From positions 51,152,001 through 51,216,000 of the forward strand of contig CM052816.1 in assembly GCA_028534125.1 (NCBI GenBank): 64,000 nucleotides of DNA. Reading direction: 5' to 3'. Shown one piece after another: positions 37,086 through 51,832 of the stretch. Position numbers and translations under genes: made by a program. Each line of letters begins with the position of its first letter. Position 1 is the stretch's first letter. Below the pieces are notes generated by a model that was given only the letters and a program-made list of their open reading frames with translations, was not told where the DNA came from and did no database searches. Origin of the DNA: Lama glama. Taxonomy: Eukaryota.

Positions 37086-40000
37086 GAACATTCTGTATTT
37101 TATTAAAATTTATCAGTATGTATTACTTTTTTAATCAGAAAAAAATAGTTATTAAAAATTTTAAGCTCAAATGATATCACTTTTATTTGAGGATAGTCCA
37201 AGCTATGTATTGAGATTCATATATTCAGAATCATACAGAAGCTCTAAACTCTTTCCTTGTATCTTATGTCAACATAAGAATAATAGGCAAACTGAAATTC
37301 CTTTAGAAGACAACTGGGCAAAGTAAATGAAATAAACACAGTATGAGGCAATAGGAAGAGGAACTGATCACAATTAACTACAGAAGACATACCCAGTCCA
37401 AAGGCATTCAAATTAAAAAAACTTTCCAAGCACTCAAAATACATCCACAGGCTGAATTTGAACAGCAAGCTACTAATAAGTACCTTTACAGTGTAAACCC
37501 ACACATACATAGTACATTACTAAAACTCTCACACAACAACAACTGCATATCACTCCCTCCTCATCTCCTAAAGTTTAAGTAGTATCTAAAGGAGATTATT
37601 TTTTCATATTTGTAAAATTATCTTCCTAAAGTTTAATATAAGAAAAAAAATAGTCTCTCCTGGTAAACTTGTCTGCTTCCTTCCATAACAGAATGAAAGC
37701 AATGTATTTAATTGACTTTCCCTTTTTGTTATTTGTTGTTCTAGAAAGCTCAGAAATGTCCCTTAGCCCAGGTTTTCTGTAAAACTGTCCTTTCCCCTCC
37801 ATCATTTAGTTCTTAGTCACTTGTTGTGATGTTTATAGTATATGTATGAATGGTATATTTGAGTGTATGTATACATACCACTTTAAATGTTTCTGAAATT
37901 CAGATTGGATAGAAGGAAGTAGAAATGAATTAATACACCGGAAAAATAACAGCATGCAATAAAGTAATTGCATACACACTTTATATACTTTGGTATATTT
38001 TTCTATTTATTGGTCAAATTTTAAACTATGAAATATAGACTGTGAATGTAGTATGGGTAATTTAAGAGCTGACATGGAAAATAACCAGGAAAACAACAGA
38101 TGAAAAGAGAAGGGAAGGGAGTAGGAAGTAGAAATGGGGGGGGGAGGTGGAATAATTACATTATAGACTGAATATGCAGGAACCACTGTGCCAAAAATGA
38201 GATAAAACAAATAGCATTTATCTTAGGAAGCTTATACCTTACAAGGGACTCAAAACCTATCTGGATAAGCCTGCCTGCTTTCCATCCCTGCAGGTCCTGT
38301 GTCTGCCCTTCTGCTCCCTAGGCATGTCTACCAGCCTCAGCTGCTGCTTTGCTGCCCACTCACCAATAACTTCTTTCTCAAAAACTGAAAATGAGAATAT
38401 AAATATTCCTCAAACTTGAAGTTTTGGAACTAAGATGTTTATTAAAAATTAAAAATTGATGGTAGGTAATTATCAAAATGAAATGTGCTAAGATGAGTAA
38501 TATTAAAATTAATTATTAAATATTTAAAATGGTATTTTATTTTCACATTTATAAGCTGCTCCTTTTTTAGGAACGAAAGTTTTAAGGATCAATGACATGC
38601 TGGAAAATTCTTTAAGCCCTTCTATAAATTCAAAGCATGTGCTGAGTCAAAAGTGCAACTTTGATGATAAAAAGCTAAGCAATATTTTGCTCAACTAGAT
38701 ACACATATTACAAAGAACAGTAACTCACTAGTCTTGTTTTTATTATATAGTGAAGTAAATTTCAATTTAAAGAAATAAAATCCAAATATACCAATATAAC
38801 CTGGTTATTTATAAGAAATTCCTGGTTTAACTATGTATCTTGAACTCTCATTAAAATGGAATAAAACAAAATGTCTTAGAAATTAATTTAATAATTAAAA
38901 GCTGGATGAGAAAGTAATATTATACCAATGCTTAAACAGCATTTAGTATGAAGTTAAGATTTTCTGAAACACTCCACAGTGTAAAGCCAAAAAAATTTTT
39001 GAGAAAAATTACTTATTTAGTCACAGATAATGAGAGAGAACTTTCATATGCTTCTCAATGTAAGAAAAGTCTGAGGAACAAACAAAACTTTTAAAAATGT
39101 GTTTTTTTTACCCCCAAACAAGAAAAGCACAATAGAGTGTGAGTGACAGAGGAAATTTCTGAACAGATAAAAAAATGAATATGGAAAGTGAAGTACTCTG
39201 ACAATGTATGGAATCCACAGCATCAATAGTCAATAAATATGAAAAGTCTGAATGCATGTGCAGATTGACAATCTAAAAATAATTATTAACAGAGACAAAG
39301 GAAAATAGCACTGTCATCATTACCCTAGGATACCAAAGAAAGTGACATACAACAGAGTGAAGCATACTTCTCTCTCTGAAGACAGGGAAGTGTGGTAGAA
39401 TTACTGAGGACTGTTAAAACATTGGAAAGTTTTTACAAAAAGTCTGCAAGACAGATACATTTACTGTTGCACCTTAAACCCAGCCACTAAAGTAACTAAT
39501 TAATGTCCAGAATGAATACCTAGAAACTCAGAATCAACAAATGAGCAGCAAATTACAGAGAAAACATCACACGATGTCTGCAGTCTCGTTTAAATAAAAC
39601 TCCACCATGAAAGAGCCAGCAATGGACTTGGCAGTTATTCTGAAGCAGCAGCAATCCATAAAGGCTTCTTAATTTTCTTGTCATTTAAGAATTAAGCCAC
39701 TTCCAGTTCACACTGATCCTACCAGGTGCACTAAATTGATGTCATTATGAGCCATCAGGAAATACCCACCGAGACCTATACCAACACTGAGAGTTTTGTT
39801 AAACAGCTGTGTGTTTTAATTGATTTGTATTATTTAAAGTAGGAGCAGTTAAAAGTCAGTTATCGGATGTTGTGTAAAAGAGATGCCTAAAGACTCCAGG
39901 GAGACTGAGTTCAGAAGAAAGCCAATCACTGGAACTTCACTCGAGCACTTCAGATTATTACTAGAGGAAGCACAATTAAATCATCAGTTTATCAGCTATC

Positions 40001-40519
40001 ATTATAAATCACCAGGCAACATATCAAGCTTCATTATTTAAGAATCCTTAGCCAATGACTTCCTGCATCACTGAGAGTCAAAAGCAATCTATTCACCAAA
40101 AAGTACCTTAGGAGTTTTGCTTTTTTGTGATGTTTTGATTTTTTTTTTTTTACTCTGAGAGATTTATCATAGAAATACAATGAAAATGCAATGAAATTAT
40201 CATATCTTTGCATGCTTTAGATATGCTAAACTCTTCAAAGTGAAATTAGTGGTATTTGGGACATGCAAAATGTGTATTCAAGGCTCCTCCTTTTCCAGTT
40301 CTTTCACAGTACTTGTATGGGATGATATGAGGAAAAATAACCATTAAGTTTCTTTCCACTTTTCTCCACCCAATTCCATTCATTTAATTGTACTTGAACA
40401 GCCTTGTCCAGAAACGTAAAATCAGAAAGCAAAGTACCTCAAAAGTCTTAGTTTTCCAAATTTAAAGTGCACAGTTTGGATGTTAGAAATATATTGGAAA
40501 GGAGATGACATAGGATGAG

Positions 40520-40680
40520 TTTTGTATACTATCCTCTTTCTTAGTCTTCCCACCAAATCCATGTAGATGCTGCCATTATCTTTAATGGAACAATAAGACA
40601 CAGAGTTTTTGTAATTTGCCCAAGGTCGTACAGCTAGTAAGTGGTGGTGCCCAAAATTCAATCCACTCTGTCTGGCACAG
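40520..40680 (-). mobile_element. MIR fragment
   Basis: gtaatttgcccaaggtcgtacagctagtaagtggtggtgcccaaaattcaatcc. Confidence 0.75.
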
Positions 40681-40719
40681 CACCTAGAAAAAGGCTCTGA
40701 AAGGAAGCTACCCTCCTTG

Positions 40720-42550
40720 GAGAATGGTGCATGCCAAGTCTGGGCAAGAATTGCACAATACGTGCAACACGTGTCATATCAAAAAGCAAGAAGCCATCAA
40801 CGGAGTCGTATGGACACTACTTGGGTTGTATCAAAATAACTCAGGAGCCAAGCTAAAGAGACTTTCACTGGCCAGAGGTAAGACATCAAGCATCAGTAAT
40901 GATAATCACCATAATGAATAGAAATGCATAAAACATTTATATCCATGACTTCATAAAAAAAAACTTTCTTGGTCATCTTTGGAGAATGCTAGAGAACCAA
41001 TTCATTATCTTGAAAACTAAAACATAAAAAGAAAGAATCAAGCATTTATCCTGCCTTTTCTATACATAGCATACCTCAAGTAACTGAGCTGGTGAGGAAA
41101 ACTCTGTCATTACAGAAGTAGACCAGCTAATAAATAATGAGTGATAGAATTAGAACATCACCATTTTGCAACCCCTCTGACGAATTAATGGGTCTAGGCA
41201 ATAATCATGAATGGCTCCTAACGTCACAAAACAGAGCGATAACCAAACATTATGTGTCTCCTGATGAAAGTATCCAGAATCACTGATGAAGTATTCTTAC
41301 TCCCCAAAACCAAACCTGAATCTGATCAAGTTCCCAGATCTAACTATGAGTGTACACAACAAACAGGGAGGAACATAGTAAACAACAACATAGAGACATA
41401 ATTCGGAAAAAAAATTTAGACTGCAAAAACCATAGAACAAACAACCTTGTTTCCTTAATAAAATCTACAAGGAAAAAAGAGGGGAAGGAATGAGAAATCT
41501 TAGTTTCAAAAGTCTTAAGCAATGTTAACCATTTTAATGTATAAAGCTTATTTGGATCCTGATTCAAAGAAACTATTTTTTTAAAAAAGGAAGTATGGGA
41601 GGGAGGAAGAAAGGAAAGGAGGAAGGAAGGAGAAAAAAATGAAAGAAAGAAAGGAAAGAAAGAAGGAAAGAAAAGGAAGGAAGGAAAGAAAGAAAAAAGA
41701 AAGAAAAGAACTGGAGAAATTGAAACATCATTTGCTTATTTATGATATTAAGAAATTATTAACAACTTTAGTTGTGATAATAGAATTGTGGTTATGCTTT
41801 TTAAGAATCCTTACCTTTTTAAAATAAAAGTTTTATTTTGAGATAAATGTGGATTCACACGCAGTTGTAAGAAATGATACAAAGAGATCACTCATACTCT
41901 TCACCCAGTTGCCCCCAATGGTAACATCTTGCAAAACGATAGTGCATTATCACAACCAAGATGCTGATATTGACACAGTCAGATACAGAACATTTCCATC
42001 GCCACAAGGTTCCCTCATGTTGTCTTTTATAGCCACACCCATTTCCCTTCCACCCATACCGCCCCCAACCCCTGATAACTGCAATCTGTCCTCCAATATG
42101 AAATCTTGTCATTTCAAAAATGTTAGATAAATGGACTCAAATACTACACAACCTTTTGGGATTGGCTTCTTCCACTCAGTAATTCTCTCGAGAGTCATCC
42201 AGGCTGTTGAGAGTATCAATAGCTGGTTCTTTTGTACTGCTGAGTAGTATCCGTGCTAAGGATGTACCATGGTTTGTTTAACCATCCACTCCCTGAAAGA
42301 CTTCAGAGTCGTTTCCATTTGGGCTATTATGAATAAACCTGCTATAAACATTTGTGTAGAGCTCTTATCTTTTAAAGATACATACGTAAATATTTATGGA
42401 TCAGATAATATGATGTCTAGGATTTGCTACCAAAAAATTCCAGATTGGGTGAGATACCAAAATAATAAGATTGGCCATTAGTTTGCAAGTGCATTCTATC
42501 TCTACTTTTATATATGTTTACAATCTTCCATAATATAAAGTTTAAAAAAA
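40720..42550 (+). mobile_element. L1MC4-like long 3' UTR, with a GA-rich repeat (about 41595-41710) and a nested inverted L1
   Basis: gaatcaagcatttatcctgccttt, catcaccattttgcaacccct, ttatttggatcctgattcaaa; ends ttccataatataaagtttaaaaaaaa. Confidence 0.75.
41821..42360 (-). mobile_element. L1MC1/2-like 3' end nested in the older L1
   Basis: ttttattttgagataaatgtggattcacacgcagttgtaagaaat...cccccaatggtaacatcttgcaaaac; near-TSD ccttacctttt / tcttatctttt. Confidence 0.85.
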
Positions 42551-45454
42551 AACAGTAAGAAAAAATCACTTATCCGACCATTACACACTGACATACATAA
42601 ACACACACATTTTCAAAGAAAACTGAAGGTATGATTTGTTATCTTCTGATTTTAGTTCATGCCAAGATGACAGGAGTTCTTTACCTAAAACACAGAGACC
42701 ACATCTTCCAGTGATCATTACTGTAACATTCACTGTGCCAATTTAGGCAGATCCAACCTAGGCATCTGTTCAATTTCTTCTAGAAGTTCTTTATTAGGCT
42801 GCATGGTTGAGATAATAGGTAGCCTGTAATGTTGGACAAAAGCAGGTAAATAATCACCATAATCAAATGTACAAGATTCATGAGTGGCTTATCTTCAAAA
42901 GAGAGGGTTCATGTCTGACATGAATAGGTCCTTATCATCAAGACAAATGCTGAGAGAACAGAAGTGAGATTACTGAAGATGAAGAGCAACAAACTATGTG
43001 AGCACAATCAAGCCTGAAAAAGAAATGAAATGCATTTTATATTATACGAAGGGTGCTTTTGTTTTTGAGCCACTCTGGAGGACAGGATATTATTATCATG
43101 CTCAGTCTGCAAGTTAATGGTTCTTTAGTATAATTCTGCAAAATGGTGTCTTCTGTTTGGTGCCACCAATATTCTATCAGCTCATTCTTCCCTAGTGCCA
43201 TATCACACCCTCCCCTTCACAGCACTGAGGACACCCTATTTTTTTCTCCACATGGGGCCTTACAAAAATGAGGACACACTCTCTGAAAGCAAAGAAGAGC
43301 ACATAAATACAAACCCACTAACTAAACTGGGATTAAAAGCTAAGACCTCCAAAGTAAATACTCATAATGACTTTCAAATATCAAATTAGTACAATGGCCA
43401 CAAATGAGTTTCCCTTGCTAGGTCTCTAATGCCTAGACATACATTATGATGAGCAATTCTGAGGCTTAAATAAAGTGTGTTATCAAAAGTAGTTGGGGAT
43501 ACCTGTTCACAGATCAATCCCAGTTAGACAAATCCCACAGGAACATCTAAATGTTACAGCTATGTTGTAGTTTGGTTATATCAAATATCCCTCCCAATAA
43601 GTGGGTCTCACACTTGGTACTGAGACATCAATGCTTATTGCGATAGGATTTGATCATTACTACCACACTTTGATAAGCAGGAAAAAGATGGCCCAGTAAC
43701 AGACTGCCTATATGATGCTTAAAGGCCTGTAAACTAAAAGGTATTAGTCAAGTCCATTAAAAACTATCAGTACACAGATTGATTCAAGTGGTTGGTTTAG
43801 CAACTTAGGAATTCCATCAACAGAACAAAATCTATTGACAAGATCATACTAGGAAAATAAGAAAATATGGTTGAGTTCAAAATCTTGTTCATATGTCACA
43901 AATCAGAACACAGAAATGTGGAATTAAAACTCAAAATGACATAGACCACTATGAATTGTGCTATAGGTTTGCACTGAGGAGATTAAAACAGGGCTGCTAG
44001 TGACAGAAAAAGGAAAAAAAAAAGAATCGGGCTCAGGTACATAATGTAAGACATAATTCAGAAGGAGCAGAGAAAAAGGCACTAAAGTTAAATACATGTA
44101 TATTTTTGGATGTTCCCTTCCTCTCTCCTTTGCTCTCTTCCTTGACTCTCACAACCAAACATTTTCTGGGTCCTGTGGAGTCTGATTCTACAGTACATAT
44201 ATTTTTGGCCAGTTTGTAGTCACTGACAAGACACTGAAAGTTAAAACACTTAGCATTCACCTTGACATACTTAAAGGTTAATCTTAAACACTGCATAAAA
44301 TAAAATGCTCTTGCTCAAAAATCTTTATGATGGATTTGTTTATACATCTCATTACATTATCTTTCTTCATAGCAACCACTCCTGCCTGGTCTGCAGAACT
44401 GGGATTTTGGAGGGGGTCATTTTTGTGAGCTAAAGTGGTTTCAGAGAAGGGAACATATGAAAGAATGAAGAGGAAACAGAAAGATAGAAGGAAGGCAACA
44501 GGGAAAGCATTAAACCTGGAAAAAATTCCAAGAACAAACTGCCCAAGATGGGTTCGGAGACGTGAACAGCCATGTCCAGCAGGAGCTGAGACTGCACAGT
44601 GTGGAGGAGAGGGAGACAAGGTCAGATTGGACCCAGGGAGCGGCAGCCATTGAAACCCAGACCAGGCATTTAGACAACATGCCACAGGCCCTCAGACAGC
44701 TATCGCAGGTTTGCACATGGGTAAGGTAAGTACAGCGTGGTTAGGAAGATGTGTAATGGGAAGGGGCAGGGAGGAAGGAAACAGAAGTTTTACTAATTGT
44801 TCTAGGAGAGGTGATAAGGCTTGATCTAGGAAGGTGACAGCAGGAAGAGAAAGAAAAGGATTAATTTGAGGGGCAGTGTGAAAGATTCATATACTTAAAC
44901 CTGGTTTTGTCCTCAATTAAAACATAGAAAATGGTCATTTGCAGTCATTGTCAAAGAACTGCTTACGAGATGCTAAGGATTCTTATGCTGATTGGGAGGT
45001 AAACTGTCATTATTATGATCAAACACATAAGAGGGCATAAAAATTCTAATGGCTGATAAAGTCATTTTTAAAGGAAGCTTTGATTAAGCTTAACAGAGGC
45101 AGGGAAAAATAATATTTTTGATAAAAGTAAAAATTATTTTTAAAGAGACTATGGTTGCAAGGTGATGAGTATTTTTAAATTTCTAAAATAATTAACTGCT
45201 GATTTTAGCAAGGCAGTAATAAAGAGTTATATGATTGACAAATCATTTTTCTCTACTTTTGTAAATTTACTTTTTATATCTACTTTTGCAGATCTATTTT
45301 CTCAAGTTTTTCAGATCACTATTGCAAATCTATTTTAATCAAAAGTTAATTTTTTTTGCAAATGACCTATGAGTAAAAATCTAAAGAATTTTAGATGATG
45401 TAAGCTAAATAATCTATTTCTTGGTGATATGCCAACTTTATGTCTATTCTCATT

Positions 45455-45760
45455 TACCTAATACATTTTTATTGAACACCTACTGTATGATACGTACTGT
45501 GCTAGTGCTGGATATACAACAAAGAGGAAAAAAACAGGGTCTGCCCATGTGGGAGCACACAGTATAATGGAAGAGAGACATTAATTTTTTTTGAATCCAT
45601 ATATATAATTTCAACTTGTAAAAAAGCACTATGAAGGAAAATTACAGGGTGCTATGAGGGCTTAAAACAGAGAGGCTAAACCAAGCCTGGGTCTGGGAAG
45701 ATATTTTACAGAAAACTGTCTTTGAATTGAAATCTGTAAGGAAGTAGAGGAGTGAAATAC
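45455..45760 (-). mobile_element. L2 3' fragment just downstream of the 98-nt exon
   Basis: tttttattgaacacctactgtatgatacgtactgtgctagtgctggatatacaac. Confidence 0.75.
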
Positions 45761-45868
45761 AAACAACAACAACAACAACAAAAACCAAAAAGGAGGGGAG
45801 AGAGAGCTAGAAGAAAAGATGAGCAGAGGGAAAGAATCACTTATAACACAATGAAAATACTCTCTAAC

Positions 45869-45966
45869 CTGCTGAGTAATCGTGTCCCATGGTCCCTGCA
45901 GCAGCCGCGTCCTATAGCACTCATGGACGCCTTCCCATACGTCCTTCAGAGCTAAAGGTCTTCCAT
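45869..45966 (-). CDS. ATG10: ATG10 internal coding exon, 98 nt, phase 1 to 0 (DGRPLALKDVWEGVHECYRTRLLQGPWDTITQQ)
   Basis: Not in the ORF track; read manually on the minus strand. Acceptor ccttcacag|AT, donor CAG|gttaga. The Asp codon G|AT is split across the intron. It matches the recalled human segment DGRPLTLKDIWEGVHECYKMRLLQGPWDTITQQ. Confidence 0.97.
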
Positions 45967-47174
45967 CTGTGAAGGTGCATGGTAAAGACTGCCAGTTAGT
46001 AATCCATTTGACACGATGGTGCTTGGTGTCTATCTACAAGTGCTGAAAGAATGTTATGATTTTAAAAAATCTTTAGTAGTACATGTACTATTTATATATC
46101 AAAAGAATGCTATATGAATTACTATTTTCCTCCTGAGGGAAGTTTAAACATTCAAACTTCTCTCTTTTGTAACCATCTAGCAGTTAAATTATCTGTTCCT
46201 TTATTGCCTCAAGGAATTTTATAAAATAAATATAATCCAAATGTAGTTGAGAGAGAAATGATAGACAGAAGCATCTGCAAAGGACCAGGCAGACAGACTC
46301 ACATATTCACAACAGTATTCTATGGATATATTTGAACTCTTAACATCTCCTCTAATCCTTAAATCAGAGACCATACACATGCTTCTTTCAACCTCTTGAC
46401 TGAACATCTGCAATGTTCAAATCACTCTGTTGGGTACCATGCAGAATAGAGATAAGGAAAGCACACAATTTCTCTTAGTAAAGAGAGTTTCCCTACTAGG
46501 GAAACTATGACCAGTATCTCAGTAAATACCGATACTAAAATACTAGGTAGAAAGTGGTCACTGCCACAGGAAAACTGCATTTGTCTGACAGTCCAGAGGG
46601 GGGAGATATTAACACCCACCATTTGTGGCAGGTGGAGAAGGGATTGTTGGGGTTGGAGGGGCTTGAAAAGGCTTGGCATGAAGAGATTAACAAAAGCTTT
46701 AGTGAACAATAAACCTCCTTTTCTTTCTTTAAGCAGCTTCAATTATTCACCTATGTTCATAATCACCCAAATAATGCATTTTATGAAGTACACTATGGTG
46801 CAAGGTAAGTAAAGAAACAAGACATCTAAGTTCAGAAAAGAAAGCAGAAAGAGGGAATTACCTATGGACTTTAAAACCACACGCTGCGGAAAAGCAGATG
46901 GCTTAATGTTAGAATTTAGAGCTACCTGGCCCCTTCAGAGCCACCAAGTCCTCAAGACTCATGGGTGTGCTCTTTTCCTTAGGAAAGTAGACAATATAAT
47001 TTAAAGGAAATTCATCAGCATACTGAATCATTAAGCACAAAAAAGTATTTGGTCATCAGATGCAACAAAACCTGGGGAAATAATCTACTAAAACCCCTCC
47101 CCAAATGAAAAGGTACTGCATTCAGACTTAAGGAGTACAAGAAAAGATGTGGGTGGGGTGTGGGAGAGAAGTGC

Positions 47175-47375
47175 AAGATTTGAAGGCCCAGCTGAGTTTG
47201 AATCCTGGTGTTGGCATTTATTCTCTACGTGACTGCAAGTTATCTTGCTTTTAACTTTACCTGAAAAATAGGGATAATAATCCTTTTCAAATTCTGTTCT
47301 TGTGAATGGCCTACATCAATGACATACCTAGGACTGTGTCAGGCATACAATAAGAGCTCAATATACGTTAGGTAT
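47175..47375 (+). mobile_element. MIR fragment
   Basis: gagtttgaatcctggtgttggcattta...ctgaaaaatagggataataat...gctcaatatacgttag. Confidence 0.7.
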
Positions 47376-48684
47376 CTCCTCCTAGCTCCCACCGCACCAC
47401 TCCAGTAATTCTCATGCTGTAAAGCTAAAAGAGTCACTTACAGGCCATTATTTCTTAGAATCTTCTTGTTGTTTCTATACCATGAACAGCTCCATTTGTT
47501 ATAGTAATATACTAATCCCATAGACAGGGCATTTCTCATGTTTGACCTGAAAAGTTGAACTTTTCCTCAACCTTTATTTTCAATAAATAGAAAAAGAATA
47601 TTTTGATACATTTTCAATAAGTATCTTCATCTTGGCATTTATCTGGCGGCAGGAGACCATTATCTTGTGATAAATAGTTTTATTCCACTGACATTTCCAT
47701 GTCTGTAAAATGAACAAGATTTATTCATCCAATTAACATTTGAATGTCATGTTTAGCTACGAGTTAAAAACAAGCTGCCTTCAGTATCTGCGTTATATTG
47801 TTTTCTGAACACATTTAAAAGAGTAGGGCCAAACTTTACTTTTAAGATAAGCATCACACATTTTCAAAATATGCACGTGCATGTGCACATGTGTGTGTGT
47901 GTGTACTGATGTTGGAAGAGAGAAATAGCATCCTAGGCACAGCAGTGTCACACAGTAACCAAATAATCAAATTATAAAAAGATGACATGCTTTTAGAATA
48001 ACTTTCAGATGTCAAAGTTAGAAGAAAGTAAGTTGAAGAATAATAAAATGTTATTGCTGTTATAATTACTAATTTTATAGACAAGGCAACCAAGGTCTTC
48101 AGGCAATACACATCTGCCAAAATTACGGAGCCAGTTCATGACTGCACTGGAGCTGGAATCAAGTCTCAGTACTCACAATCCAGTGCTCTTCCTGCTGCTC
48201 CGTGCTGCCCCTGAGAGTGAAGACTGCATATGTCCTTTCACCACTGCAGTCCTGCTGCACAGTCCTAAGCCTCATTCACACATTGCAAATGCTTTATAAA
48301 TATTTACTGGATAAATGATAAACGAAAGAATGCCTTCCTTAACTACATGTCCTCTAAAACAAGGAAAGGCTTTGCAGACCTAGAGAAGAATGCTGGGTTT
48401 AAAATTTGGGAATCAGTAATGATTTTAATTTTATTCCTTAAAATATTTCAGCAAACAATCTAAGGATGGAGTAAATGGCTTGGATATTACCACTGTCAAA
48501 AACTGGAAACATTCATACAAAATGCGATGATCAGCAGCCTAGCAACAATGTGGAGAGACCTAAAACAAATGTCATAGAATGTTTCATCAGACGTGATGCT
48601 ATAATTAAGAATATTTGTCATAAGTTTTAGGAAACACCAAATTTAGAGGAAAGAAATTTAACATCTTAAATATAGCAATTAAAA

Positions 48685-48912
48685 AATTAGGAGTTTGGGA
48701 CTAATAGATACACATTACTATGTATAAAATAGATAAACCATAAGAACCTACTGTATAGCACAGGGAACTATATTCAATTTCTTGTAATGAGCTATAATGG
48801 AAAAGGAACTAAAAAAAATATACATATATGTATGTATGTGCATAATTGAATCACTCTGCTATACACATGAAACTAACATTGTAAATTGACTGCACTTCAA
48901 TTAAAAATAAGA
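48685..48912 (+). mobile_element. Short L1 3' UTR insertion
   Basis: gaacctactgtatagcacagggaactatattcaa, the same 3' UTR type as 7390-7590. aattaaaaaat occurs on both flanks (probable TSD). Confidence 0.88.
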
Positions 48913-50859
48913 ATTAAAAAATGATCTGGTCAACTTAGAATAAGAGACAATCACAAGGAGTAAAAACATAAGTTCAAAATATAGATGCATGACACGCCTT
49001 TATGCAGATTTATGAGAGTGCTACCTGCCTGCTACAGAGAACAGTGTTTTTTAAGTGAATGGATGTGATTGCATTCTCCAATGCGTTTACAAAACTGTTT
49101 AAAAACACATGTATTAACAATGATCAAATGAGTGCTTGTGCCAGCTACTCTGACAAGAGTGTCAATCTCTTCAGTTTCTGCAGACCATTTACAGTACAGG
49201 AGATCTGGGTGACATAGCTTTGTCTCTCACATACAGATATGACAATAATGATTTAATGAAGTATGACGTGGATTCTTTTCTCTAAGCCTTCATCATCAGT
49301 TTGCCTAGTCATAGCTCATATCTTCATGACTGAAGACATACAAAAGTTAGTTTTGTGATCTTTTACTTAAAAACAAAAATTTTGAATTGATCAGCAATAT
49401 CTTCAAACACGATATACACAACTGACATACAAAATACATTCAAATATGATTGTAACTCTAATTATTCCAACACCAAAATGGAACCTTCAGAAATCCCACT
49501 GAAATCATTGACATGAGATAGTCAAATATATTTGTAAAACCACATCATAAAAATAGAGCTTAAATATGGCAGAAACTTGATGAATTTCATGATTTTGATC
49601 CTATCTACCTATTTATGAAAATTGAAGACCCAAAACTTTAACTTAAAATTAAAATGTAGACATAAACAACTACTGGGTTAAATTCATGAAACACATTACT
49701 ATGTGCCTTCATGTTCCACTGAAGTTATCTTCAATCAAGAACTTTAAGCCCTTTTTAGAGGGCCTATTTTTTCTGTCTGGCCTCAGTCAGACAGAGGAGA
49801 CATAAGCATACTCAATCAACGACTCCCTAGTTTCAGACCCAAGATATTCGATAGCACCAATTTCAACATGCTTAGAAATCTCATTAATCACACTGAGGCT
49901 GAGAAGCTCAGTAAAATCCCTTGCATACTTGAAAAATTGAAGTAGAAGCCAAAATAATTTCATCAGCAACCTACAAAGTGAGCATGGTAAATTAAGGTCA
50001 TTTATTTAACAAGTGTTTAATCGAGTGCCTACTATGTGCCTCTATCACCTGGAATGATAATACACATTTGCACTAGAGGAATATTCTGTCAGCAACCTGA
50101 AATGTCAATGACAAAAGAGGAAGAGACAATGGATGAAAAATAGAATAATTAAAAAGTACGATCTTTAGCAACTGCCAGTAGCATTTAATTTAACATTTTC
50201 ATATAAAATCTCTCAATTGAATAATAACCTACATGTCAAGTAATCTATATATTACTCAAAATGTGCAGCTTTCTAAATTAAACTTCTCAAGGCTATTAGT
50301 TTTCATGAATCAAAGAGCAGCATGAGATATTTCACCAGCACTACCTAACTCCAGTGCAAGCATGCTGAAGTCACCTTTATCCTGTGGTGCATGCTTTCAC
50401 TGAAAGTTCATAACTCCTAGAAGGAGGATGAGAGAGAGTATAAATTATTCAGTGCAAATTTAGGAATAATATTCTGAGTGTGGTCACTAGAAATAAAAAG
50501 GAAAGGGTGGATTTTTCACAATGAAATATGTCACTATTCAATATACTGCCTTCAAGAGAGCTTCAAAGGATATAAAGATTCATGTCATACTCCATACGGA
50601 GGCAGAGATGATGCTCCGTCAAAGGGGAAAATTCATTTTTGCTTCAGTAAGAAAATTACACTGTGATATGAAATGAGTTAATTGTTCATGTACATTCTTA
50701 TCAGCTACAGTGCTGGCTAATTCTGTAATTTTTATTTATTCCCGAGTACATTTTTTCCATTTTGTGTCTTTGTTAATCTCAAAAAATCTGAATGAAAATT
50801 CCAAAAATATAGATTATGGCAACTTCTCTTTAATGTTTCTTAAATTTTGGTTACTGCAT

Positions 50860-51230
50860 CATGCAGTAAAAAAATGGGCTAAAGAGTTCGAGTCTTAACT
50901 CCATAGTTTTCTATGTATCCTTGAATAAGTCATTTAACCCCTCTGAGCATGACGGTTTCTGTTATTCTGAGGCTTAAAATACAGAACGCAGCTAGCAGTA
51001 CTGAAAGGTACAACATGCCAAGCCCCACTTCACACACTAGCTCACAAACCTCAAAACTCTATGGAGTAGGTATTACTATTATTATTATTATCTCCAAATT
51101 TTTTTAATGATGAAAGAAAGGAAACAAAAAGTTCAATAACTTCAGTAAGGTCACGCAGTTAGCAGCAGAGCTGGGAATCAGAACCGAGGCTTTTCAGCTC
51201 CAGACCCCATACTTTCACCAGTTCACCATA
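50860..51230. mobile_element. MIR fragments (plus, then minus)
   Basis: ccttgaataagtcatttaaccctctgagc; taacttcagtaaggtcacgcagttag...gctgggaatcagaacc. Confidence 0.65.
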
Positions 51231-51487
51231 ATTCTCTGTACCCAGGAGCTCTTTGTAAACTATAAAGTGAGATGCACACATTAGTGGTGGTGTCATTTTT
51301 ATTGTCACTAGTAGTCTCTATCAACATTGCCTAACCTAGGAATATCTAGAATTTTGCCTTTCCTAGGTTTCTTAGTAGGCCAGGCCTTCCCTTTCCCTCA
51401 TCACTGCAAGGACAAATCCCAAATCCAGCCAAGGCCTCTCTTCATCACTCCAGCTCAAGGTAATCTCCACCCTCTGAGCCTTGTTTC

Positions 51488-51832
51488 CCTCCAGCTTTAT
51501 TGAAATATAATGGATATATAACACTGTATAAGTTTAAGGTGTATGACATGATTTGATATATGTGTATATTGTTAATGACTACTACAACAGGTTAGCAAGT
51601 CCATCCCCTCACATACTTACCATTTGTGTGTGTGTGTGTGGTTAGAACATTTAAAATCTATTCTCTTCATAACTTTCAAGTATAAAATACAGTATTGTTA
51701 ACTACAGTCACCATGCTGTACATTGGAGCCTTAGAACTTATTCATGTTATATCCGAAAAACTGTACCCTTTAACCAAAATGTCCTCATTTCTCCTATTCC
51801 TTAGCCTCTGTCAACCACTAACCTACTCTGCC
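51488..51832 (-). mobile_element. L1MA9-like 3' end
   Basis: cagctttattgaaatataatggatatataacactgtataagtttaaggtgtatgacatgatttgat...gtcaccatgctgtacatt. Confidence 0.85.

Larger units (their letters stand above)
1..45868 (-). other. ATG10: ATG10 large intron (over 45.8 kb, continues beyond window start)
   Basis: Starts at donor gttaga (45868). The next expected exon (EHPILGQPFFVLHPC, catalytic Cys) was not found by eye in 1-45868. Confidence 0.8.

Noticed and set aside
35968..48912. Inverted L1 3' UTRs (35968-36200 and 48685-48912) flanking the 98-nt exon alone as a circRNA driver
   Set aside because: Only about 220 nt, visibly diverged, and a single 98-nt exon is small for efficient circularisation.
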